The notes: generated by a model not told the origin, from the sequence alone. A DNA stretch of 51,013 nucleotides from Minisyncoccota bacterium (GCA_036517155.1 DATDXY010000014.1:1-51013); one strand, 5' to 3'; counted from the stretch's first letter, positions 10,714 to 18,787 are shown. Numbers and translations are program-made.

Positions 10714-11538
10714 ATGGAAAAAGTAATTGGAATTTTTATTTTAATATTTGCCTTCGCTGGTGGCATATATGTAGTTAATCATGGTATTCAGTCCTTGAAA
10801 TTTGATTTACCAATTACCGCGAAACCATATAAAACTAGTGATTATTTTGATTTACCACGAAGCGATAGCGATATAGGTCTCAATTCATTCTCTCGGTCGG
10901 AAAGTCGTCCCCGGGTGCGAATAAGTGCTGCGAGAATAATGACCGGTCCCAACCCTTATACTGAGATTATGTTAATTGCTGATATGATTTCTGGAGAGTC
11001 CGTGAGAGTTACCGGGTGGACACTACGAAATAATCGGGGTGAATCGTTTATGCTTCCCCAAGCTCAAGAGGTATATGAGACTGGGGGTTTCACTCGGGAT
11101 ATAATACTCAAATCTGGCGAACGGGTAATATTGTATAGCACACCAAACATTGCCGGAGGTTTTCGTTTAAATAAATGCATGGGATACCTGGCAAATATTT
11201 ACAGCATGACACCACCGCTGCCAACTTCGTGTCCAAGATTGGGAGGAGCAGAAATTGGCCATCTCAGCATTCCCTGCCAGAATTATATTACTTCGCTGAG
11301 TTCGTGCTCCGTCAGCCAAACAATTCCCGGATTTTCTTATAATGACTCTTCTTGCCAGAACTTTTTAACTAAGCTAAATTACTCCGGTTGTGTTGATTTG
11401 CATCGGCGGGAGTCCGATTTTTTATCGCAAGAATGGCGAATCTGGGGAGGAAGCGCGCTCAATCTCTGGCGAATGGATCATGATGTGGTGAGGCTTTATG
11501 ATGGCAACGGCCAGTTTATTACGGAATATCAGTACTAA
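10714..11538 (+). CDS. Membrane-anchored protein with a lamin-tail-domain-like module and a Cys-rich C-terminal region
   Basis: N-terminal TM (VIGIFILIFAFAGGIYVV). The segment RISAARIMTGPNPYTEIMLIADMISGESVRVTGWTLRNNRGESFMLP resembles the LTD pattern. The C-terminal half contains 6 Cys. Confidence 0.55.
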   Translation: MEKVIGIFILIFAFAGGIYVVNHGIQSLKFDLPITAKPYKTSDYFDLPRSDSDIGLNSFSRSESRPRVRISAARIMTGPNPYTEIMLIADMISGESVRVTGWTLRNNRGESFMLPQAQEVYETGGFTRDIILKSGERVILYSTPNIAGGFRLNKCMGYLANIYSMTPPLPTSCPRLGGAEIGHLSIPCQNYITSLSSCSVSQTIPGFSYNDSSCQNFLTKLNYSGCVDLHRRESDFLSQEWRIWGGSALNLWRMDHDVVRLYDGNGQFITEYQY

Positions 11539-13412
11539 AGCAAGCTTTTTTTCTTTTCTTCTTTTGGCTTAAGCCAAAAATAAATCCACGAACCGATACC
11601 GGTTACAATCAGCAAAAAAAGCAGCCAGAGAGGCAAATCACCCAATAAAGCCAAAAGATTGCTTCCGGTAATGGTAAAACTGGTTTCTAATCGGGCGATT
11701 TCTTGATTTTCCGCGGTGGTCAAATAAGGAAGATTGGCAATGATGCTGACCGGACCCTCAATATCAGGAGCAGATATAACTTTAGCTTGAATTGAAATGG
11801 TTCGTTCAATATTCCCGCTGATTGTTTCAAGGCTATAACGGATTACTTGGTTATTATTATCAAAGACATCTGGGATGATAGTTGAATTTTGATATTCTAA
11901 TTCTGGCGGCAAAGCAATGTAGAGCATTGCATTATGAACAGAGCTCTGGAAATTATTTCTATAGGTCAACTCGTATGTCATCAGGTCTCCTACGGCTATT
12001 GTCTCCGGGTTAGTTTTGGCTGCCAAAGTTATTTGAACTGCTCGGGAAGCCGCTCGGACCACTGGCGGCGCATAGGATATGGAGGGGGCAATTGGCGCAT
12101 TAGTGGTAACAAAGTGAAGCAAGGCGCCATAGCTTACTCCATAGGTATTGCGAGCGGCTGCTCGAAAATAATAGGTGGTATTGGATTTCAAAGTAGACAG
12201 GGTAGAATAAAATTCTCGGAAACTGGTTCCGGTAGAAAACCGTTGAGTTGGAGTAGAATTGGTTAACGTGGTGGTTTCGCCAAATTCAAACCAGACATCA
12301 ATTGGGCCAAAATCACTAGTGACCGTGCCATTCAAGGACGCAAAGTTACTGGTGACTAAAGACGCCGGTACGGTAGTAACAATTGGAGATTGATAAACAA
12401 AAGAAGGCGGTTGGTAATAAGTAGACGGTGAGTAATAAGTTGGTGGCGGAGAATAGTATGAATAATAACTTGGCGCCGGTGAAGAGTAATAAACAGGCGC
12501 TGATGGCGCAGGAGCAGAAGATTGGGAAGGCGTGGCGAATGTCATCAACGAACCATAATTAGTTCCACTACTATTGGAAGCGGCAATACGGAAATAATAA
12601 AAGGTATTTGGTTGAAGATTAGAAACAAATTCATTGGTAGTAAAGGCGGTGTTGCCATATAAAATTCGGTTACTGGTTCGATTAGTAACACTAGAATCTG
12701 TCCCATATTCAAACCAGACCGTTGCTCCCGGTTGCAAACTATTTGGATTGACTGAGCCATCGAGTAGGGCAGATGTTGGTGAAACTGAAGATGGCACCAA
12801 TGTGTTGACGGTAGGAGCAAGATTATTAGTTGGTTGCGATGGTGGATTGTTCGTGGGCGGGTTGGGTGATCCAACACTATTCACTTGGGCGCGAAAAGTG
12901 ATATATCCCTGTGCTTCCCACCCAGATGCGATATCGCCAATTAAAACACCATTTGAAGTAACAAGAGAATTCGCATTACTAAGGGACTGTTGGCTTGTGT
13001 TTCGATTGGGATACCACTTTACGGAATCCGGCAAAAAAGTAAGCGTCGCATTACCATTAGTTGTGACGGTAGTATTGCCGCGCGCGAGACTGCTATTTAT
13101 TGCCCAGGCATCCGCAGAAATATTATGATAGGTGCCGCTAGAACCCGGCAAAGAAGCTCGAACTTTTGTTTGAGTAGCGGTTTCATTAGAGGTGTTGTGA
13201 TAATAGATGAGGAAGCTGACTACATCGCCCGGATTTGCGCTAACCGTACTAGACCAGCAGCCGGTGCAGGTTGGATTGTCGCTGAAGTTGGTGACTTGTA
13301 AAGTTGGGTAATCTTGCGGATCGGTATTGAAATAAGCAGCGGCAAAAACCGTATTGCCCAATACGGTTCCGAAAAGGAAAAATGTTCCTAAAATAATAAA
13401 TAATTTTTTCAT
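11535..13412 (-). CDS. Large secreted surface protein (DUF11-like and FN3-like domains, Pro/Tyr/Ser-rich linker, C-terminal TM anchor)
   Basis: The start is trimmed to the ATG giving the signal peptide MKKLFIILGTFFLFGTVLGNTVFA. The linker reads YYSSPAPSYYSYYSPPPTYYSPSTYYQPP. A unit is repeated (VWFEYGTDSS...YYFRIAASNSSGTNYG and VWFEFGETTT...YYFRAAARNTYGVSYG). The C-terminal anchor is LWLLFLLIVTGIGSWIYFWLKPKEEKKK. Confidence 0.75.
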   Translation of the reverse strand: MKKLFIILGTFFLFGTVLGNTVFAAAYFNTDPQDYPTLQVTNFSDNPTCTGCWSSTVSANPGDVVSFLIYYHNTSNETATQTKVRASLPGSSGTYHNISADAWAINSSLARGNTTVTTNGNATLTFLPDSVKWYPNRNTSQQSLSNANSLVTSNGVLIGDIASGWEAQGYITFRAQVNSVGSPNPPTNNPPSQPTNNLAPTVNTLVPSSVSPTSALLDGSVNPNSLQPGATVWFEYGTDSSVTNRTSNRILYGNTAFTTNEFVSNLQPNTFYYFRIAASNSSGTNYGSLMTFATPSQSSAPAPSAPVYYSSPAPSYYSYYSPPPTYYSPSTYYQPPSFVYQSPIVTTVPASLVTSNFASLNGTVTSDFGPIDVWFEFGETTTLTNSTPTQRFSTGTSFREFYSTLSTLKSNTTYYFRAAARNTYGVSYGALLHFVTTNAPIAPSISYAPPVVRAASRAVQITLAAKTNPETIAVGDLMTYELTYRNNFQSSVHNAMLYIALPPELEYQNSTIIPDVFDNNNQVIRYSLETISGNIERTISIQAKVISAPDIEGPVSIIANLPYLTTAENQEIARLETSFTITGSNLLALLGDLPLWLLFLLIVTGIGSWIYFWLKPKEEKKKSLL

Positions 13413-13494
13413 ATAAATGCTACGTTCAAGATTCGAATGTATCCAATCCTGAAAGCAGCCCCGAACCAAAAGTTTTATTTTGGTTCGGGGGTCA

Positions 13495-14271
13495 TTAGAA
13501 CCGATATTGAAATCGAATTCCTATTCGAGAATCAATGCCGATTCCGGTTTGAATTTCAAGGTGAGAAGAACTAACTACTTGTGGTTGAGCATTGAGTTCC
13601 AATGCAAACCGCGGCGCCGGGGGTGGAAGTGGTCCAGGACCGCTGGGTGGATTTTTTGTTGAGTTTAATCGTTGGGCTTCTTGATGCTGATCTCGAATAT
13701 TTTTTTGGTGTTGACCAATTAGATATCCGGTGGCTGCGCTCACTAATCCGACAACAATGTTTTTTATCAAGCGGCATTTTCGCTCTTTCGGATCTTTGGA
13801 GAATTGATAGGCGTAGGTGGCCAGCAAGCCGCCGCCGATTATTCCGGCCCAATCTTTTTCATCTCCGAATCCGTAACCCGCTAATCCGGAACCCAGGGCC
13901 AGCGTGAAAGAATTCAAAAGATTTAATTCACACGTTTCTTCCCGAGTTTCGAAGACAAGATTGCGCTTTAGCGGATTGCCACAGCGTAAGATTCGGTTGC
14001 AGACAAGTTTATCTCCCGACTGTCTACACACTAATTCTTCGCCGGGAGGAAGAAAGCAGGTGCTTTCCCTGCGATCTTTATCGTAGCAAGTCACCAATGC
14101 GGTTTCTTGCAATGCGAACTTAATTTCTCCCGGCTGAAGTTTATCTTTATAATCCGAATCGAAAGGATTGGTCATGATATTGCACATTGGCCACTCTTTC
14201 GATTGCTTCGCGAAGAGGCAGACGGAAGAGAGGAGGCAGTAGAAAAGCATACTCAGGAATTTCACTTTCAT
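13495..14271 (-). CDS. Secreted hypothetical protein (Cys-rich domain, glycine-zipper segment, Pro-rich linker, C-terminus ...IGIRFQYRF)
   Basis: Signal-like N-terminus MKVKFLSMLFYCLLSSVCLFA. SD GAGGTGA lies upstream of the ATG. The terminal residues are alternating hydrophobic and end in Phe. Confidence 0.6.
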   Translation of the reverse strand: MKVKFLSMLFYCLLSSVCLFAKQSKEWPMCNIMTNPFDSDYKDKLQPGEIKFALQETALVTCYDKDRRESTCFLPPGEELVCRQSGDKLVCNRILRCGNPLKRNLVFETREETCELNLLNSFTLALGSGLAGYGFGDEKDWAGIIGGGLLATYAYQFSKDPKERKCRLIKNIVVGLVSAATGYLIGQHQKNIRDQHQEAQRLNSTKNPPSGPGPLPPPAPRFALELNAQPQVVSSSHLEIQTGIGIDSRIGIRFQYRF

Positions 14272-14306
14272 TTCTTCACCTCAAAATGAGATTTTTAACG
14301 TTAAAC

Positions 14307-14320
14307 GAGCTGGCAATATT
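14307..14320. repeat. Direct repeat copy 1 (GAGCTGGCAATATT) in the promoter region of the 13495-14271 gene
   Basis: Perfect 14-nt match to 14347-14360, 40 nt centre-to-centre, in an intergenic region. Confidence 0.6.
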
Positions 14321-14346
14321 TTAAAACAAAACACAACACTTGTAAA

Positions 14347-14360
14347 GAGCTGGCAATATT
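14347..14360. repeat. Direct repeat copy 2 (GAGCTGGCAATATT)
   Basis: Perfect 14-nt match to 14307-14320. Confidence 0.6.
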
Positions 14361-14373
14361 CTGTTCTTAGTGG

Positions 14374-15417
14374 TTATTTTCTCTCAGAGAGTATAGCTTT
14401 GACTTCCAATTCTTTACTACCGCGAAGTACTTTCATCGTTAGGGTGTCGCCAACATTCAGTTCTTCCAGAAAATCTTGAATTGTGCGTTGAGTAGTTAGC
14501 TTTTTTGCATTGCATTCCAAAATAATGTCTTTTTCCTTGATGCCGCACTTGGCCGCCGGAGAATCGGGAACAATCGCTTGATGCTGCGGCCCGCGGTTAA
14601 CAATCAATGCACCATAACTTACCGGCAACTTCATTTTTTCTTGAAGATTTTCGTCAATACTGACAAAGCGAAGTCCGAGCAATGGCCGGCGGACTCGTCC
14701 GAATTTTTTTACGTCCTGCAAATCCCGTTTTGCGGCGTTAATCGGCAAAGCGAAGCCGATATTCTGGGCGCCGAAAACAATTGCCGCGTTAATACCAATG
14801 ACTTCTCCTTGGAGATTAATCAGCGGACCGCCGGAATTACCTGGGTTAATCGCGGCATCGGTTTGAATCAAACCGCGCAATTCTTGAGCGGGGGACTTTG
14901 CGTCGGTTTTTGCGTTAATGGAGCGGAGCATACCGGACACGATTCCGGCGGAAACAGTATTTTGGAAAAGGCCGAGAGAGTTGCCGATCGCCAGCACATT
15001 TTGGCCAAGATCGATTTTGCTGGAGTCGCCGAGTTTCGCAATTGGCAATTTCTTGCCTTCAATTTTCAAAATAGCGATATCTTCTAATGGATCTCTGGCA
15101 AGAATTTCTGCCGCGTATTTTCTTCCGTCTGAAGTGACGACGGTATATTGGGCGTTTGGTTCCGAAATAACATGCTTGTTAGTAAGAATCACTCCATCTG
15201 GGCTGGTGATAAAACCAGAGCCGCCGCCAATTTGCACCATTCCATGCGCGTCTATTTTATCTTCTGGGATTTTTATTTCCGGGGCGCCAAACGGGAAAAG
15301 TGGCATCAATTCCGTTGGCAGTTCTTTTTCTATCTCTTCCAGACTTTTGGAAATCACAATCGAAACGACCGAGGGCATTACTTTTTTGATAATTTTAGTA
15401 GTATCAGACATATCCAA
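14374..15417 (-). CDS. htrA: HtrA/DegP family serine protease with one PDZ domain
   Basis: Catalytic triad contexts TNKHVI, DIAILKI and GNSGGPLIN. The C-terminal region is PDZ-like. Confidence 0.9.
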   Translation of the reverse strand: MDMSDTTKIIKKVMPSVVSIVISKSLEEIEKELPTELMPLFPFGAPEIKIPEDKIDAHGMVQIGGGSGFITSPDGVILTNKHVISEPNAQYTVVTSDGRKYAAEILARDPLEDIAILKIEGKKLPIAKLGDSSKIDLGQNVLAIGNSLGLFQNTVSAGIVSGMLRSINAKTDAKSPAQELRGLIQTDAAINPGNSGGPLINLQGEVIGINAAIVFGAQNIGFALPINAAKRDLQDVKKFGRVRRPLLGLRFVSIDENLQEKMKLPVSYGALIVNRGPQHQAIVPDSPAAKCGIKEKDIILECNAKKLTTQRTIQDFLEELNVGDTLTMKVLRGSKELEVKAILSERK

Positions 15418-15421
15418 TAGT

Positions 15422-18031
15422 TTACATTAATTTTTTTCGAATGACGAATTTACCAAATTCAATTGCCAGGATATTAATGATACCAATGCCAAATACGCCA
15501 AGAAGCCACAATGGCGGCAGGGGTATGGTTCCTAACAATATTTGCAGCGGCGGGAAATAAAGAGCTGCAAGAGTAAGAAAAATGCCAGCCATTGATCCGA
15601 AGGTAAGATATTTATTTATAAATGGATTGTAAGAAAAAATACTTTTTTCCAAACTACGAATAGCAAAAATCAAAAAGAGCGTGTAAGTGCTAAAGGTAGC
15701 GAAAATAAAAGTTCGAACCAGCGGGGGATCAAAACCGTAGCGAAGCAATACGTAATAAATTCCAAATAACATTAAACTGGTTGGCAGGCCAATGGCGAAA
15801 ATCAAAAAACGCATTGGTCGATTTAAGAGTCCCAACGATAAGCGTTGGGGGCGTTCATTCAAGTGGTCAATGCCATTTTCAAATGCCAGAGAAATTGCCG
15901 GTAAGCTATCGGTGAAAAGATTAACCCAAAGAATTTGAATTGCGGTTAATGGCAAAGCAATGTCCATCATCAGAGAGCCGCCAATGAGAATGAGTTCATC
16001 CATTACTGAAGAAAGAAGATAGACAATCACTTTCCGGATATTCGCCATAGTGCGTCGGCCTTCCTCAATCGCTGCGACGATGGTTTCATAATTATCATCC
16101 AACAAGACCAATTCCGCGACATCTTTCGCCACATCGGTTCCGGATCCCATGGCAATGCCGATATCCGCCTGTTTTAAGCTGGGGGCGTCGTTAATCCCGT
16201 CACCGGTCATTGCCACTGTTTCGCCCAAAGCGCGATAGGCCTTGGCGATTTTTACTTTTCCTTCCGGACTGACCCGAGAGACAATGCTGATATGTGGCAG
16301 CCGGGCAAGCAAAGTTTCTTCCGAGATTAAATCCAAATCCGGGCCATTGATAAGATTAGCTTGATCATGCGGTAGGCCTAATTCTTTGGCGATGGAAACA
16401 GCAGTGCCTTGATGGTCGCCGGTGACAATAACAGTTTTAATGCCCGCTCGGCTAATTCTTTGAATTGCGTCGCGGACTCCGGAGCGAACTGGATCTCTGA
16501 ACGCGAGAATGCCCGTAAAAAATAAACTAGGCAACATGTCATGGGAAGAAAGGGTATGAGTGGAATCGCCGCTGATATCGCGAATTGCGATGCCCAGCAC
16601 TCTAGATCCTTGAACCGCAAGGTCATTGATAATTTTCAAAATACGCTGGTGTTCGCCATCAGTTGCGTGGTGAGAACGTTTTAATAGAATTTCCGGAGCG
16701 CCAAAAGCAGTCAGGAGTTTGCGATTACCAATTTGGATAATGGATGCGGAATATTTAGCCGCGGAATTAAACGGCAAGAATTCTAACACAGAAATTTCTT
16801 TTTTCAATTTTTCTGGATGCAATCCCAATTCTCCGGCGGCGCGGGTTACGGAGACTTCCAGAGGCCGGCCAATAATCCGCCATTGGGCGATGGCATCTTT
16901 AGGATTTTCAATAACCGCATCAGAATTCAACAAAGCAATTTTGATAAGAAATTCTTTGTTGTAAACGGATGGTTCCAGAAAGGTTTCCGTGTGGGATAAA
17001 AACATCTTCGCTTCTGTAAGCGTCCCGGTTTTGTCGGTCAAAATAACCGTGGTGCTGCCCAGTGTTTCCGCAGCAATGAGTTTTCGGATAATGCCATTTT
17101 TTTTCGCCAAGCGTTGTACCCCGATTGCCAAAATTACGGTCATGGCTACCGGCAGGCCTTCCGGAATCGCCGCAACAATAATGGCGACGGAAGTCAGGAA
17201 CATATGTAGTAGGGAATATCCCGTATTCACGCCAATCACAAACACAACAATCGTAAAACCAAGCAAAATGGCCGATGCCCGTATACTGAAAGCAATAATC
17301 GCTTTTTGGAGAGGAGTTTCTTCGCCTTCGTGATGGTCTTGAACTGACTTAGCAATGTGACCTAGTTCGGTTTCGGATCCGGTGGCGCAGACCACCGCAT
17401 CGGCAAATCCCTGGACGACTAATGTGCCGCTGAAGGCCATAGATTTTTGATCGCCCAATACGGCGACGGCTCCGGCGGGATGGGTAGTTTTTTTAATCGG
17501 CAGAGATTCTCCAGTCAGGATGGATTCGTCCACCAATAGATTGTTTAAATAGAATAACCGAACATCGGCAGGGATTCGATCGCCTTGAGAAAGGTGAATG
17601 ACATCTCCAGGAACGAGTTCTGCGGTATCAATTTCGTATTCGTTATCTTCCCGAATAATCCGCACCCGTTCTTTAATATAGGTTTTCAAGTGGGAGAGCG
17701 CATTCTCGGCTTTATTTTCTTGATAAAATCCCAACAAGCTGTTCAACAATGCGGCAGCAAAAATAACCGCCGCGTCTTTGTAATCTTTTACTAAAATAGT
17801 AATTCCACCGGCAATCAACAGCAGAAAAATCAATGGGCTTTTTAATTGTTCAAGAAATAAAATCAGTTTTGTTGCCCGTTTTTTCCCAGGAATAACATTC
17901 TGCCCAAATAATTCTTGGCGGCGTTCTGCTTCAGATTGCGTAAGGCCTTTAGGAGTCGTTTCTAAAACCTCCAAAGTTTCGTTAATGGTTAACGCCCAAA
18001 AAGATTTTTTAATTGATTCCAAAGCAATCAT
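15422..18031 (-). CDS. Cation-transporting P-type ATPase (type II, Ca2+/Mg2+-like)
   Basis: TGES (LTGESLP), phosphorylation site DKTGTLT and hinge TGDGINDAPSLKQADIGIAMG. 869 aa with 10 predicted TM-like segments. Confidence 0.92.
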   Translation of the reverse strand: MIALESIKKSFWALTINETLEVLETTPKGLTQSEAERRQELFGQNVIPGKKRATKLILFLEQLKSPLIFLLLIAGGITILVKDYKDAAVIFAAALLNSLLGFYQENKAENALSHLKTYIKERVRIIREDNEYEIDTAELVPGDVIHLSQGDRIPADVRLFYLNNLLVDESILTGESLPIKKTTHPAGAVAVLGDQKSMAFSGTLVVQGFADAVVCATGSETELGHIAKSVQDHHEGEETPLQKAIIAFSIRASAILLGFTIVVFVIGVNTGYSLLHMFLTSVAIIVAAIPEGLPVAMTVILAIGVQRLAKKNGIIRKLIAAETLGSTTVILTDKTGTLTEAKMFLSHTETFLEPSVYNKEFLIKIALLNSDAVIENPKDAIAQWRIIGRPLEVSVTRAAGELGLHPEKLKKEISVLEFLPFNSAAKYSASIIQIGNRKLLTAFGAPEILLKRSHHATDGEHQRILKIINDLAVQGSRVLGIAIRDISGDSTHTLSSHDMLPSLFFTGILAFRDPVRSGVRDAIQRISRAGIKTVIVTGDHQGTAVSIAKELGLPHDQANLINGPDLDLISEETLLARLPHISIVSRVSPEGKVKIAKAYRALGETVAMTGDGINDAPSLKQADIGIAMGSGTDVAKDVAELVLLDDNYETIVAAIEEGRRTMANIRKVIVYLLSSVMDELILIGGSLMMDIALPLTAIQILWVNLFTDSLPAISLAFENGIDHLNERPQRLSLGLLNRPMRFLIFAIGLPTSLMLFGIYYVLLRYGFDPPLVRTFIFATFSTYTLFLIFAIRSLEKSIFSYNPFINKYLTFGSMAGIFLTLAALYFPPLQILLGTIPLPPLWLLGVFGIGIINILAIEFGKFVIRKKLM

Positions 18032-18062
18032 CTCATTTAGTATAAAGCTATTCAGTGCAAAG

Positions 18063-18083
18063 AAAAAACCCGCTTGGAGCGAG
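18063..18083 (-). terminator. Intrinsic terminator after the tRNA Arg-Ala-Ser operon
   Basis: On the minus strand: CUCGCU-CCA-AGCGGG hairpin followed by UUUUUUCUUU. Confidence 0.5.
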
Positions 18084-18094
18084 TTTCATTTTAC

Positions 18095-18184
18095 TGGCGG
18101 AAGGTGGAGGATTCGAACCTCCGAGAGGATTGCTCCTCTAGCGCATTTCAAGTGCGCCGCACTAGACCGCTATGCGAACCTTCC
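18095..18184 (-). tRNA. tRNA-Ser (anticodon UGA), CCA encoded
   Basis: The reverse complement folds as a cloverleaf: acceptor GGAAGGT/ACCTTCC, anticodon arm GCGCA-CTTGAAA-TGCGC, long variable arm, T arm GGAGG-TTCGAAT-CCTCC. Confidence 0.92.
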
Positions 18185-18187
18185 TTG

Positions 18188-18258
18188 TGGACCTACGGGG
18201 AATCGAACCCCGCCCTCATCCATGCCATGGATGCGTAATGCCACTTTACTATAGGCCC
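18188..18258 (-). tRNA. tRNA-Ala (anticodon GGC)
   Basis: Acceptor GGGCCTA/TAGGTCC carries the G3:U70 Ala identity pair. Anticodon arm CATCC-ATGGCAT-GGATG; T arm CGGGG-TTCGATT-CCCCG. No encoded CCA. Confidence 0.88.
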
Positions 18259-18310
18259 ATATGAGCTAATAGTTTATAGCGTATAGCAATTTTTATTTTT
18301 TTGGAAGTTG

Positions 18311-18382
18311 TGTCCCCAAAAGGAATTGAACCTCTATCGTTCCCTTAGGACGGGACTGCTCTATCCGTTGAGCTATGGGGAC
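18311..18382 (-). tRNA. tRNA-Arg (anticodon CCU)
   Basis: Acceptor GTCCCCA/TGGGGAC; D arm GCTC/GAGC; anticodon loop GTCCTAA; T arm AGAGG-TTCAATT-CCTTT. The anticodon-stem register is slightly uncertain (one mismatch). Confidence 0.75.
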
Positions 18383-18401
18383 TGTTCGGATACTTTAGTT
18401 T

Positions 18402-18410
18402 ATTATCGCA
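18402..18410 (-). promoter_or_regulatory. Extended -10 promoter element (TGcGATAAT) for the minus-strand tRNA operon
   Basis: On the minus strand TGCGATAAT lies 19 nt upstream of the tRNA-Arg 5' end. Confidence 0.45.
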
Positions 18411-18467
18411 GATTTTCCAAACGGCAGACAGTTCTCCACAGTTGAATATACTTGCAGGGAAATAATT

Positions 18468-18476
18468 TGCTATAAT
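18468..18476 (+). promoter_or_regulatory. Extended -10 promoter element (TGcTATAAT) driving the structured leader and zinc-ribbon/SWIB operon
   Basis: TGCTATAAT. It is divergent from the tRNA promoter and about 25 nt upstream of the first helix of the structured element. Confidence 0.5.
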
Positions 18477-18499
18477 CAATCTTAGTTTTGTACCTAGAG

Positions 18500-18737
18500 A
18501 TTGTGCTTATAAGAGGGTTGTTTTTATGAGAGCGTTTTTGTGTGAGGCTTAAACGATCTTATTGAAACACTGACCAGTAGACGCACATTGCCGGAAGGTT
18601 ATCGGACTTGGGCTTGAATTTATTTTTATATTTATATTCACCCTCCTAACCCACGCAACGCGGACACTGGTGAGTCGGTTATTTTTGACTATTCCGAATT
18701 CGGAGTCAAAAGTTGCCAACCCTCTTATAAGCGTGAT
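18500..18737 (+). ncRNA. Candidate structured RNA (four-way junction, class unknown); possibly the 5' leader of the downstream operon
   Basis: A 21-bp closing helix pairs 18500-18520 with 18717-18737. It encloses hairpin 18526-18562, a long irregular arm 18569-18675 and hairpin 18683-18711. G-U pairs are valid only for the + strand. No credible ORF is present. Confidence 0.5.
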
Positions 18738-18787
18738 ATACTGCCCCAAAAGGCCGAATATACCTAATTTATTAAACTTTTAATATT

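Noticed and set aside
14307-14360. TGGCA within the direct repeats read as a sigma54 -24 element.
   Set aside because: There is no TTGC -12 element at the required spacing, and the orientation is opposite to the downstream gene.
18505-18732. The 16-nt perfect inverted repeat read as terminal inverted repeats of a MITE, or the CTTATAAGAG start read as a SAM-I riboswitch P1.
   Set aside because: The helix extends by G-U pairs that only make sense in RNA. No target-site duplication is visible. The SAM-I core (GAGGGA...GCAACC...) is absent, and here the AGAGGG segment is itself paired. The MITE reading is kept only as an alternative to test by copy number.
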